From: Candidatus Saccharimonadota bacterium
Lineage (GTDB): Bacteria; Pseudomonadota; Gammaproteobacteria; Enterobacterales; Enterobacteriaceae
NCBI GenBank assembly: GCA_049942765.1
Contig: CP188086.1
Coordinates: 390,001-422,000, forward strand
Length of the DNA: 32,000 nt
Direction of reading: 5' to 3'
The position numbers and the translations under genes were made by a program. The notes beneath the pieces were generated by a model. It had not been told where the DNA came from, did not search any database, and saw only the letters and a program-made list of their open reading frames with translations. Shown here one piece after another: positions 20,623 through 30,808 of the stretch (positions are counted from its first letter, which is position 1; every line of letters starts with the position of its first letter).

Positions 20623-22170
20623 TTAATTTTTTAAAATTTTTATTTTATCTTTTAATTCTTCTAAACAATAAATGGAATTAAATATTTTAATTAAAGCTTG
20701 TATTACAGTATTAATCATATTATTTGATATACTTGTTCCATAAAAAATACGACCAAAACATTCTATTTCAATATCAACCTGTGAAGAAGTATTTGAATTT
20801 ATTCCATTCGAATTCAAATTAAATTTTTTTAATTTAATAGGATATTTTATAATATGATTTAAAGTTGAATAGACAGCATCAATTGGATTGGTATATAACT
20901 TAAATGATTTATTGATAATTTTATTTCCACACATTAAAGAAATACTACCTTGAGAACATTTATCAAAATCAGATGTAATACTAATATTTTTTAAAACAAA
21001 ATTTTCTCTTTCTATATTATATATTTTAGAAAATGCTAATATTTCCAATTCATAATCAAATATTTGACCTTTTTGATCTGCTAAATTTAAAAATGAATTA
21101 TATAATGTATCTATATCATAATCATCATTACCATAACCCATACCAAACATACAATTTCTAATAGCAGCACGTCCTGATCTTGATGTTAAATTTAAAGAAA
21201 CTTGTTTTAACCCAACGCTTTCAGGAAAAATAATTTCATAATTACTTCTATGTTTTAATACACCATCTTGATGAATACCAGAAGAATGAGAAAAAGCATT
21301 ACTACCTACAATTGCTTTATTCATTGCAATAGATATTTTACAAATTTCACTCACTAATCGACTATTAGAATATATTTCTTTGATTTTAACATCCGTATAC
21401 ATTTTTAATAAATCTGATCTAGTATTAATAGCCATTACCACTTCTTCTAAAGCAGCATTACCAGCTCGTTCACCAATACCATTAACAGTACATTCAATTT
21501 GACGAGCTCCAGATTGAACCCCACTAATAGAATTTGCTACAGCCATACCTAAATCATCATGACAATGTACTGAAATAACTGCATCATCAATATTTGATAC
21601 TTTCGAAATCAATAATTTTATTATTTTTCCAAATTCTTCAGGAATGGTATATCCAACTGTATCTGGTATATTAATTGTAGTAGCTCCAGCTTTAATCACT
21701 TTTTCAATAATCCAACACAAATTATCAATGGAAGTTCTTCCAGCATCTTCACAAGAAAATTCAACATCATCAGTATATTTACAAGCACGTTGAACAGATT
21801 TAACAGCCATATCTATAATTTCTTCAAAACTTTTATTTAATTTATGTTCAATATGTAATCTAGATGTACCTAAAAATAAATGAATTCTGAATTTCTCAGC
21901 AAATGACATAGACTCTGCAGCAACATCTATATCTTTATTTATACAACGAGCTAAACCACATATCCGACTATTTCTTATTACTCTAGATATTTCTTTTACA
22001 GATTTAAAATCCCCAGGAGAAGATACAGGAAAACCAACTTCAATTATATCAACACCTAATTTTTCTAAAGATAATGCTATAGTTAGCTTTTCTTTTACTG
22101 TCAAACTAGATCGTAATGATTGTTCACCATCCCTCAATGTTGTATCAAAAATTATAATTCTTTCTTTCAT
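20623..22170 (-). CDS. leuA: 2-isopropylmalate synthase
   Basis: [51 protein letters not shown] and [12 protein letters not shown] match E. coli LeuA. An AGGGT Shine-Dalgarno lies 5 nt upstream of the ATG. Confidence 0.96.
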   Translation of the reverse strand: MKERIIIFDTTLRDGEQSLRSSLTVKEKLTIALSLEKLGVDIIEVGFPVSSPGDFKSVKEISRVIRNSRICGLARCINKDIDVAAESMSFAEKFRIHLFLGTSRLHIEHKLNKSFEEIIDMAVKSVQRACKYTDDVEFSCEDAGRTSIDNLCWIIEKVIKAGATTINIPDTVGYTIPEEFGKIIKLLISKVSNIDDAVISVHCHDDLGMAVANSISGVQSGARQIECTVNGIGERAGNAALEEVVMAINTRSDLLKMYTDVKIKEIYSNSRLVSEICKISIAMNKAIVGSNAFSHSSGIHQDGVLKHRSNYEIIFPESVGLKQVSLNLTSRSGRAAIRNCMFGMGYGNDDYDIDTLYNSFLNLADQKGQIFDYELEILAFSKIYNIERENFVLKNISITSDFDKCSQGSISLMCGNKIINKSFKLYTNPIDAVYSTLNHIIKYPIKLKKFNLNSNGINSNTSSQVDIEIECFGRIFYGTSISNNMINTVIQALIKIFNSIYCLEELKDKIKILKN

Positions 22171-22488
22171 ATTTACCCTATTTTAATTCTATAAATTTAT
22201 AAAATACAACATTAATATATTATTCTGTATTAAAATATTTAATAACAATAATTAATTAAAACATTACAATATTCTAATTTTACTTATTTTACACTACAAA
22301 TAATTTAATAAAAACTAAATAATAAGTGTATTTTTTATTGTAAACAATGTAACCATCATATAAAACCAATGAACAATGTACACTACAAAAAAATTAAGTT
22401 TATAATTAAAATATCTACTATTATAGTTAATAACCAATAGACTACAATAAAAAAAATTCTCACTAAATTCAAATTTTTAAAATATTTC

Positions 22489-22517
22489 AGAGATTCAGTA
22501 CAAAATACTAAATCTCT
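22489..22517. other. G:C-containing hairpin in the leuD-leuA spacer (11 bp with one C/A mismatch, 5-nt loop)
   Basis: agagatt-c-agta-caaaa-tact-a-aatctct. It lies 262 nt downstream of leuD and 319 nt upstream of leuA on the - strand. Confidence 0.5.
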
Positions 22518-22778
22518 AAAAATACATAAAAATCATATATAATATAATATACAACATACATAATATAGAATATTTATAACAATATGTTTATATAACAGAT
22601 AATATAACACATGATAAAATCATAAAAATAATATTGAAAACCATATAATACATTCAATATATATTAATATATTTATGATTACACAATCATAGACAACAAA
22701 AAACCAAACATTTATTTTTATCTTTTTAATTAATTTAAAATATATATTAATTAAATTGATAAATTTATAACAATAAAT

Positions 22779-23387
22779 TTATGTTCGAATAAAAAAACTA
22801 GGTATAGATTTTTCATAATGTTCTATATCACTCTTACGTTTCATAGTTAAATCAATACTATCTAATCCATGTAATAAACAAAATTTATGAAACTCAGAAA
22901 TGAAAAATGTATATTCTTTGTTATCAATCTTTAATTTATTATGTAATAAATTAATATTACATTTAATACCAATATGTTGTGTTACTATTGAAAATATAGT
23001 ATTAATTTCTGATTCTGTTAAAGTAATGAGTAACAAATGATTATTAAAACTATTATTATAAAATATATCAGCGAAACTAATAGCTATAATAACTTTAAAT
23101 CCATAATCTTTTAACGACCATACTGCATGTTCTCTAGAAGAACCACAACCAAAATTATCACGAACTAATAAAATTGTAGCATTTTTATAACATTCATTAT
23201 TTAAAATAAAATTTTTATTAATTTTTTTACTACAACCATTTAAAAATCTCCAATTATAAAATAAATGTTTACCAAAATCTTCTTTAGTAATTTTCTGTAA
23301 AAATTGTTTAGGAATAATTACGTCAGTATCAATATTAGACATATCTAATGGTACTACAATACCATTATGTTCTTTAAACTTATCCAT
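22779..23387 (-). CDS. leuD: 3-isopropylmalate dehydratase small subunit
   Basis: HNGIVVPLDMSNIDTDVIIPKQFLQKITK, NFGCGSSREHAVWSLKDYGFKVIIA and SFADIFYNNSFNN match E. coli LeuD. Confidence 0.95.
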   Translation of the reverse strand: MDKFKEHNGIVVPLDMSNIDTDVIIPKQFLQKITKEDFGKHLFYNWRFLNGCSKKINKNFILNNECYKNATILLVRDNFGCGSSREHAVWSLKDYGFKVIIAISFADIFYNNSFNNHLLLITLTESEINTIFSIVTQHIGIKCNINLLHNKLKIDNKEYTFFISEFHKFCLLHGLDSIDLTMKRKSDIEHYEKSIPSFFIRT

Positions 23388-23395
23388 AATATTAA

Positions 23396-24808
23396 TTATT
23401 CTCTTTTTAATTTAATTTGTCTGACATCAATAAATTTTCCAGAAATTGCTGCAGCAGCTGCCATGGAAGGACTAACTAAATGTGTTAAACCACCTCTACC
23501 TTGTCGACCTTCAAAATTTCTATTACTTGTTGATGCACATCGCTCTCCAGAATTTAATTTATCATCATTCATCCCTAAACACATAGAACAACCAGGTAAT
23601 CTCCATTCAAAACCAGCATGTATAAAAATTTTATCCAACCCTTCCATTTCAGCTTGTTGTTTTACGTTCTGTGATCCTGGTACTACTATAGCTTGTACTG
23701 TAGAATGTACACGTTGATCAACAACTATAGAAGCAGCTAATCTTAAATCTTCTATTCTAGAATTGGTACAAGAACCTATAAAAACCTTATCAACTTTTAT
23801 ATCAATTAATTTCATACCAGGTTGTAATTTCATATACTCAATAGCATATTTTGCAGATTCCCTATCTGCTCCGTTAGCAAACATATCTAATGTTGGTATT
23901 CCTTCGCTAATAGAACAAACCTGTCCGGGATTAATCCCCCATGTTACTTGAGGCTCTATATTACTAATATCTATCACAATCGATTTATCATAATAAGCAT
24001 CCACATCAGAATATAAAGTTTTCCAAAATGTTATAGCTTTATACCAATTATCACCTTTAGGTGCAAAATCTTTACATTTTAAATAATTATAGGTGATTTG
24101 ATCAGGGGCTATGAGAGCAGATTTTGCACCCATTTCAATTGCCATATTACATATAGTCATTCGTTCCTCCATACTAAATCGATCAATTACAGAACCCATA
24201 AATTCAACTACATACCCTGTTCCATAAGCAATACCTAATTTTCCTATAACATATAAAATAACATCTTTTGCTGTAATACCCACACCTATCGTCCCTATTA
24301 ATTGAATCTTCATAGTATTAAAACGTCCTTGTTTTAATGTTTGTGTAGCAAATACATGTTCTACTTCAGATGTTCCAATACCAAATGATAAAGCTCCAAA
24401 TGCCCCATGAGTAGATGTATGAGAATCTCCACAAACAATAGTCATACCTGGTAATGTTAAACCTAATTCAGGTCCTATTACATGAACAATACCTTGTTTA
24501 GAACTATTTAAATCATACAAAGTAATATTAAAGTCATTACAATTATTAATTAATGCTTCCATTTGTAATTTAGCCTGCACACCTGAAGCATCTATTGATG
24601 AACTAACAGTAGATACATTATGATCCATAGTAGCAATAGTTTTATTACATTGACGAATAATTCTATTTTTTTTTCTTAATCCAGAAAATGCTTGAGGAGA
24701 AGTAACTTCATGAATAAAATGCAAATCAATATACAATAAAGGAGATTCAATTTTATTATCATATACTATATGTTGATCATATATTTTTTGATATAAAGTT
24801 TTTCCCAT
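23396..24808 (-). CDS. leuC: 3-isopropylmalate dehydratase large subunit
   Basis: [76 protein letters not shown] and [12 protein letters not shown] (the aconitase-family Fe-S ligands). Confidence 0.96.
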   Translation of the reverse strand: MGKTLYQKIYDQHIVYDNKIESPLLYIDLHFIHEVTSPQAFSGLRKKNRIIRQCNKTIATMDHNVSTVSSSIDASGVQAKLQMEALINNCNDFNITLYDLNSSKQGIVHVIGPELGLTLPGMTIVCGDSHTSTHGAFGALSFGIGTSEVEHVFATQTLKQGRFNTMKIQLIGTIGVGITAKDVILYVIGKLGIAYGTGYVVEFMGSVIDRFSMEERMTICNMAIEMGAKSALIAPDQITYNYLKCKDFAPKGDNWYKAITFWKTLYSDVDAYYDKSIVIDISNIEPQVTWGINPGQVCSISEGIPTLDMFANGADRESAKYAIEYMKLQPGMKLIDIKVDKVFIGSCTNSRIEDLRLAASIVVDQRVHSTVQAIVVPGSQNVKQQAEMEGLDKIFIHAGFEWRLPGCSMCLGMNDDKLNSGERCASTSNRNFEGRQGRGGLTHLVSPSMAAAAAISGKFIDVRQIKLKRE

Positions 24809-24810
24809 AA

Positions 24811-25914
<1,104 letters not shown>

Positions 25915-26126
25915 TTATAAAATACTATTATTTATAAAATTATTAATAAAAAAAGAATCATGCTATACAGTTTATAAATAACATATAATTTTTATTCAAA
26001 AAAAAACATATAGCTAATATAATAAAACTATACATGCTATGTTAGAACAAACAACATGAATAATTTGATAAAATCAATATCTTAATAAATTTATTAACAT
26101 AATCAATATTCATATTAATCATGTAA

Positions 26127-26893
26127 TTAATGAGGTAAAGGAAAGCAATGTGGATATCTTACATATAACAAATACAAACCATGAGCCTTAGCTGTTACAT
26201 TAAAAGACGATCGATTTCTACTTTTTAACAATGTATCCATCCATAACACACTTTTTTTTTTAAACCTACAGAAATTAATGCGCCTACTATATTTCGAACC
26301 ATATGATATAAAAAAGCATTTGCTTCTATATCTATAATGACAAAAACCTGTTTTTTAATTACTTTTAATCTCCTTATATAACGTATAGCTGTACTAGATT
26401 GACAACCTGTTGATCTAAAAGCACTAAAATCATGTTCTCCTAATAAATATTGACCACTTAAATGCATTCTATATACATCTAAATCATACCAAATATGATT
26501 TACATAATTCATAAACATTGATGGACGAACAGAATTGTTATAAATAACATATCTATATGTACGTGATATAGCACTATATCTAGCATGAAAAAACATAGGA
26601 ACCTTTACAATCCAACGAACAACAATATCTTCTGGTAAATAAGAATTAATTCCTAATAACCAGGATCTTTCTTTCCTCTCAGAAGATGTTTCAAAATGTA
26701 CAACTTGACCAAAACTATGAACACCAGCATCAGTTCTACCTGAACAAAAAACACATACTGGATGATTAGCAACTAACGAAATAGCTTTTTCCAATTCTTC
26801 CTGTACGCTGATGATATCCTTTTGTTTTTGCCATCCGCTGTAATAAAAACCATTATATTCAATACATAATGCAAACTTAATATTAACATCCAT
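26127..26893 (-). pseudogene. truA: tRNA pseudouridine(38-40) synthase TruA, interrupted by a frameshift at an A10 tract (26252-26261). The full-length frame is restored if the tract is read as A11
   Basis: The N-terminal 220 codons (ATG at 26893) match TruA: IEYNGFYYSGWQKQ, the catalytic-Asp motif GRTDAGVHSFGQVVHFET, and RTYRYVIYN. After GLKKK the genomic frame gives VCYGWIHC* (stop at 26225-26227). The neighbouring frame gives SVLWMDTLLKSRNRSSFNVTAKAHGLYLLYVRYPHCFPLPH* (stop at 26127-26129). That aligns with the E. coli TruA C-terminus ...[38 protein letters not shown]. Confidence 0.85.
26252..26261 (-). repeat. A10 homopolymer (T10 on the + strand) at the truA frameshift site
   Basis: Counted directly: the + strand reads cac-tttttttttt-aaacc. 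The coding strand reads GGT TTA AAA AAA AAA GTG. Confidence 0.95.
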
Positions 26894-27339
26894 AAATGTA
26901 ACAATCCAATACAAAAGTTTTTCCTAAAAAACAAAATATTTTCATAAAAAATAAAATATTATATGATGTGAATACAATACACTAATTTATTAATAATAAA
27001 TAAAATAAAAAATAAATAAATTATTATCCATTTAATACAAAGAAATTCTATTGACAAATAAATATTAATATATAATTTAAACGTAATATTGAAATATATA
27101 ATGAACACCAAAAAAAAATAATTAATAATTTATTATTTTTACAACAATAAAAATTAATAAATTATTATAACAATATAATATATTTCTCTTCATCAAAATT
27201 AAACAATGTTCAATATCATTAATTTTATATTTCACTAAATCATTTTAAACTTATACAATATATTATTAACAACAACTGAAGAATAAATTTCATCGTGAAA
27301 AATATTTTTCAATAAAATTTTATTATATAGGTAATGAAT

Positions 27340-27795
27340 ATGAAAAAAACGGAAAATATGCAACGTTCATCATTAAGTATGTTATCAATTGCTGGAGTGA
27401 CACCTTATCAAGAACAAAAACATGAAATATACATGAACCAAAAACAAATCACACATTTTAAAAAAATATTAACAGCATGGAAAAATCAATTAAAAAATGA
27501 AGTATATCGAAGTATTTCCTATATGAAAGATGAAGCTACTAATTTTCCAGATCCAATTGATAGAGCTACTCAAGAAGAAGAATTTAGTTTAGAACTACGA
27601 AACAGAGATCGAGAAAGAAAATTAATCAAACAAATAGAAAATACTTTAAAAAAACTTAACAACAATAATTTTGGATATTGTGAATCCTGTAATGTTGAAA
27701 TTGGAATTAAAAGATTAGAAGCTCGACCAACTGCAAATTTATGTATAGATTGCAAAACATTAGAAGAAATTAGAAAAAAACAAATGTCTGGTTAA
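27340..27795 (+). CDS. dksA: RNA polymerase-binding transcription factor DksA
   Basis: [16 protein letters not shown], the coiled-coil tip [30 protein letters not shown], and the 4-Cys zinc finger [25 protein letters not shown]. The ATG at 27340 gives 151 aa, as in E. coli, with AGG 9 nt upstream. An in-frame ATG at 27334 is also possible. Confidence 0.95.
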   Translation: MKKTENMQRSSLSMLSIAGVTPYQEQKHEIYMNQKQITHFKKILTAWKNQLKNEVYRSISYMKDEATNFPDPIDRATQEEEFSLELRNRDRERKLIKQIENTLKKLNNNNFGYCESCNVEIGIKRLEARPTANLCIDCKTLEEIRKKQMSG

Positions 27796-27806
27796 AACCT
27801 ATATAC

Positions 27807-27847
27807 TGATCAATAACATTACATGAATAAATATATGTTATTGATCA
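27807..27847 (+). terminator. 13-bp perfect hairpin with a 15-nt loop, starting 12 nt after the dksA stop; terminator or RNA-stability candidate
   Basis: tgatcaataacat (27807-27819) is the exact reverse complement of atgttattgatca (27835-27847). There is no U-run immediately after it; the nearest T-run is about 30 nt downstream. Confidence 0.4.
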
Positions 27848-28243
27848 CTACACTTACTGAATATAAATACTATATTTTTTATTTTTATATCTAAAAAAGT
27901 TATCTATAAATGAAACTTAATTAATGTATAATATACAACATAATTAATAATGTACATCTTAAACACCGTACAAGCAATTCTAATCTAAAAAAAAAAATAA
28001 TAAAACATTAAAAATAAATCAAAATCATAAATCAAAAAAAATATAACAATTATGATAACAACATCACATTAATTACTACAAAAATAAATGATTAATACAA
28101 TTCCTTTTGTAATATATGCTATGTTATATATAAAAAATCGTTAACCTATAAAAATAACATACACTCACTATAAATATAGTTAACAACATTTATATTTGTA
28201 TGATGAACAACATTCTAATCAATATAACAAATAATTAATCTAA

Positions 28244-29464
28244 ATGAATATAATTAATATTACAAAATTTCACCTTAAAAAAAATAAAATTAGCAAAAAT
28301 GCTATTAAAGTGTTGCATAGATTAAAAAAAACTGGATATCAAGCTTATTTAGTTGGTGGAAGTATAAGAGATTTACTATTAGAAAAAAAACCAAAAGATT
28401 TTGATATTACTACTAATGCAACTCCGGAGGAATTAAGAAAAATTTTTAGAAATTGCAGATTAGTTGGAAAAAGATTCAGAATTGCACATGTTATGTTTAG
28501 ATCAGAATTTATCGAAGTATCTACTTTTAGAGGTCCTCAAAAAAATTTTTCAAAGCAACATAATCAAAAAAGAACTAAAAATAGTAATAACGGAATGTTG
28601 CTTTCAGATAACATATTTGGAAATATAGAAGAAGATGCACATAGAAGAGATATTACAATAAATGCTCTATATTATGATATACACAACCACTGTATTCGAG
28701 ATTATGTTAAAGGTATGATAGATCTAAACAAAAAAATTATTCGATTAATAGGTGATCCAGAAACTAGATATCGAGAAGATCCTATTAGGATATTACGAGT
28801 AATTCGATTCTCTGTACAACTTAACATGAAAATTTCACAAAAAACAGCAGAACCTATTTCTAGGTTAGCTCAATTATTAAAAAATATACCATCCGCTAGG
28901 TTATTTAACGAAATTATTAAATTATTAAATACAGGTAAAATATACCATATTTATAAAAAAATAAAACAATTTAATCTATTTCAATCTTTATCTTTATTTT
29001 CCACTTTGACATTAAGTACAAAAAATAAACGATTAATTAAATTTATGAGTATAAAAATACTTAAACAAATTGATATAAATATAAAAAAAAATATATACAA
29101 TAATCCTACTCCAGAGTTTTTTTTATCAGCTATTTTATGGTATTTACTTATGGCAATAACTAATAATTTTCAAACAGAAAAAAAAATAGAAAAACACGAA
29201 GCATTTTTATTATCCGTTAATAATGTTTTATCAGAATGTAACACATTACTATCATTACCTAAACAAACAATAATAACTATTAAAGAAATATGGAAATATC
29301 AACTAAACATAGATCAAATTCTTAAAAATAAAACTATTAAAAAACCAAATTTAACAATATTAAATAATACATATCAATTATTATTACTACGAGCAGAAAC
29401 AGAACAAAATATAAAGTTATATGATATAGCTCAATATTTAATTCATTACAATAAAACACTATAA
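28244..29464 (+). CDS. pcnB: Poly(A) polymerase I
   Basis: KVLHRLKKTGYQAYLVGGSIRDLLLEKKPKDFDITTNATPEELRKIFRNCRLVGKRFRIAHVMF, IEEDAHRRDITINALYY and GDPETRYREDPIRILRVIRF match E. coli PcnB rather than Cca. At 406 aa it lacks the Arg-rich C-terminal tail. Confidence 0.9.
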   Translation: MNIINITKFHLKKNKISKNAIKVLHRLKKTGYQAYLVGGSIRDLLLEKKPKDFDITTNATPEELRKIFRNCRLVGKRFRIAHVMFRSEFIEVSTFRGPQKNFSKQHNQKRTKNSNNGMLLSDNIFGNIEEDAHRRDITINALYYDIHNHCIRDYVKGMIDLNKKIIRLIGDPETRYREDPIRILRVIRFSVQLNMKISQKTAEPISRLAQLLKNIPSARLFNEIIKLLNTGKIYHIYKKIKQFNLFQSLSLFSTLTLSTKNKRLIKFMSIKILKQIDINIKKNIYNNPTPEFFLSAILWYLLMAITNNFQTEKKIEKHEAFLLSVNNVLSECNTLLSLPKQTIITIKEIWKYQLNIDQILKNKTIKKPNLTILNNTYQLLLLRAETEQNIKLYDIAQYLIHYNKTL

Positions 29465-29513
29465 ATAATAGTAAAAATTTATCTATATATAATTTTTTAT
29501 AAAAAATATTTTT

Positions 29514-29546
29514 ATCAAATTTATATTTTGATATAATCAAAATTTA
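29514..29546. terminator. Alternating-orientation triple repeat between convergent pcnB and hpt, forming mutually exclusive hairpins
   Basis: atcaaa (29514-29519), tttgat (29527-29532) and atcaaaa (29536-29542). A 19-bp palindrome attttgat-ata-atcaaaat lies at 29525-29543. The flanks are A/T-rich on both sides. Confidence 0.3.
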
Positions 29547-29690
29547 TCGATAACATTATTAAAAAAAATAACTATACTTATCATTCATGCTAAGACATAA
29601 ATCTTAATCACTACTATATCAAACATACTATTTTATATATCTACAGTACTATATATATCTTCACATATTTTTAACTTTGATTAAACAACA

Positions 29691-30230
29691 TTATTCAGTA
29701 AATACCACTTTTCCTATATAAGGTAAATGGCGATAACGTTGAGCATAGTCTATACCATAACCAACCATAAATCCATCTGGTATAGAAAAACCTACGTAAT
29801 CAGCCACAATAGTAACCTCTCGATGCTGAGGTTTATCTAACAAAGTACATACAGATAACGACTTAGGTTCTCGAACCTGTAATATTTTTAGTACTTTTTT
29901 TAAAGTTAAACCTGAATCAATTATATCTTCTACCACTAACACATGCTTATTATAAATACTGGCATCTACATCTTTCAAAATTTTTATATCTCTACAAGAG
30001 ACTATATCAATGCCATAACTAGAAATAGTCATAAAATCCACTTCATGCGTTATTTTTATTGCTCTACATAAGTCAGCAATAAAAATAAAAGAACCTCTTA
30101 ATAATCCAATTAACAAAATTTTGCTATTAGCATTTTTATAATTTCTAGTAATCTCTTTACCTAATTCATTAATTCGTTCATGTAAAACAATTTCAGGAAT
30201 AATAACTTTAATTATATGTTTCATAAACAT
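29691..30230 (-). CDS. hpt: Hypoxanthine phosphoribosyltransferase
   Basis: [29 protein letters not shown], the PRPP-binding loop [14 protein letters not shown], and [20 protein letters not shown] match E. coli Hpt. The start could equally be the ATG at 30224 (MKH...). Confidence 0.93.
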   Translation of the reverse strand: MFMKHIIKVIIPEIVLHERINELGKEITRNYKNANSKILLIGLLRGSFIFIADLCRAIKITHEVDFMTISSYGIDIVSCRDIKILKDVDASIYNKHVLVVEDIIDSGLTLKKVLKILQVREPKSLSVCTLLDKPQHREVTIVADYVGFSIPDGFMVGYGIDYAQRYRHLPYIGKVVFTE

Positions 30231-30808
30231 TAAATAATAAGAAGTAATATAAAAAAAAATAAATATAAAACTATTTTACTTGATTTTTATTCCTCAAACA
30301 AAGACAAAATATGAAAATTAATAGATCAATATTTAAACTAAATACTTTAAACATATATAATGATATTAGATATAAAAATCTATATATCACATCTATAATG
30401 TATCATATATCAATACAAACTTTTAAATTATTAATATGTACTAATGAATAAAATTACACAATTTCATTCTTATAAATATATAAATATACATGTTACATAC
30501 ATCTTAAACATACATCATAATTATTAATAAAACCACATATGAAATGAAGTAAAATCACAAGATCTATGTTAAAATTTTTAATTAACTAAAAATATATAAC
30601 TACTCATAATTTAATTAATACAAAAATATTTAACGATATTATGTAAATTTACATAATAAATATTTATTATAACTAATATTAACAATAATTAATACAACAA
30701 CTATTTTTTTTAAAATCACCATAACTTCTATTATGTTTTAAATGCACAAAAAAATAAGAATTTAATATATAAATTTTTTCAATATAAATTTAAGAGAAAT
30801 AGTAAACT

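Noticed and set aside
23367-23951. 116-aa and 62-aa ORFs antisense to leuC (23367-23717 and 23763-23951)
   Set aside because: These are shadow ORFs within a well-conserved CDS, with no independent support.
26147-26155. DnaA-box-like tgtggatat (8 of 9 matches to TGTGGATAA)
   Set aside because: It is a single copy lying inside the truA C-terminal coding segment, with no cluster of boxes or A/T-rich unwinding-element context that stands out from the background.
27051-27076. Perfect -35 TTGACA (27051-27056) and perfect -10 TATAAT (27071-27076) upstream of dksA
   Set aside because: The spacer between them is only 14 nt, whereas sigma-70 needs 16-18 nt. TATAAT-like hexamers occur by chance throughout these spacers. 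I did not report it as a promoter.
27570-27755. 61-aa ORF antisense to dksA
   Set aside because: It is a shadow ORF inside dksA.
29337-29540. 67-aa ORF antisense to the pcnB 3' end
   Set aside because: It is a shadow ORF with A/T-driven composition.
30311-30451. 46-codon ORF in the hpt-thrA spacer, considered as a thrL-like leader
   Set aside because: It has no Thr/Ile codon run and no attenuator-like alternative hairpins before thrA. It lies 358 nt upstream of thrA. It is a chance ORF typical of an A/T-rich spacer.
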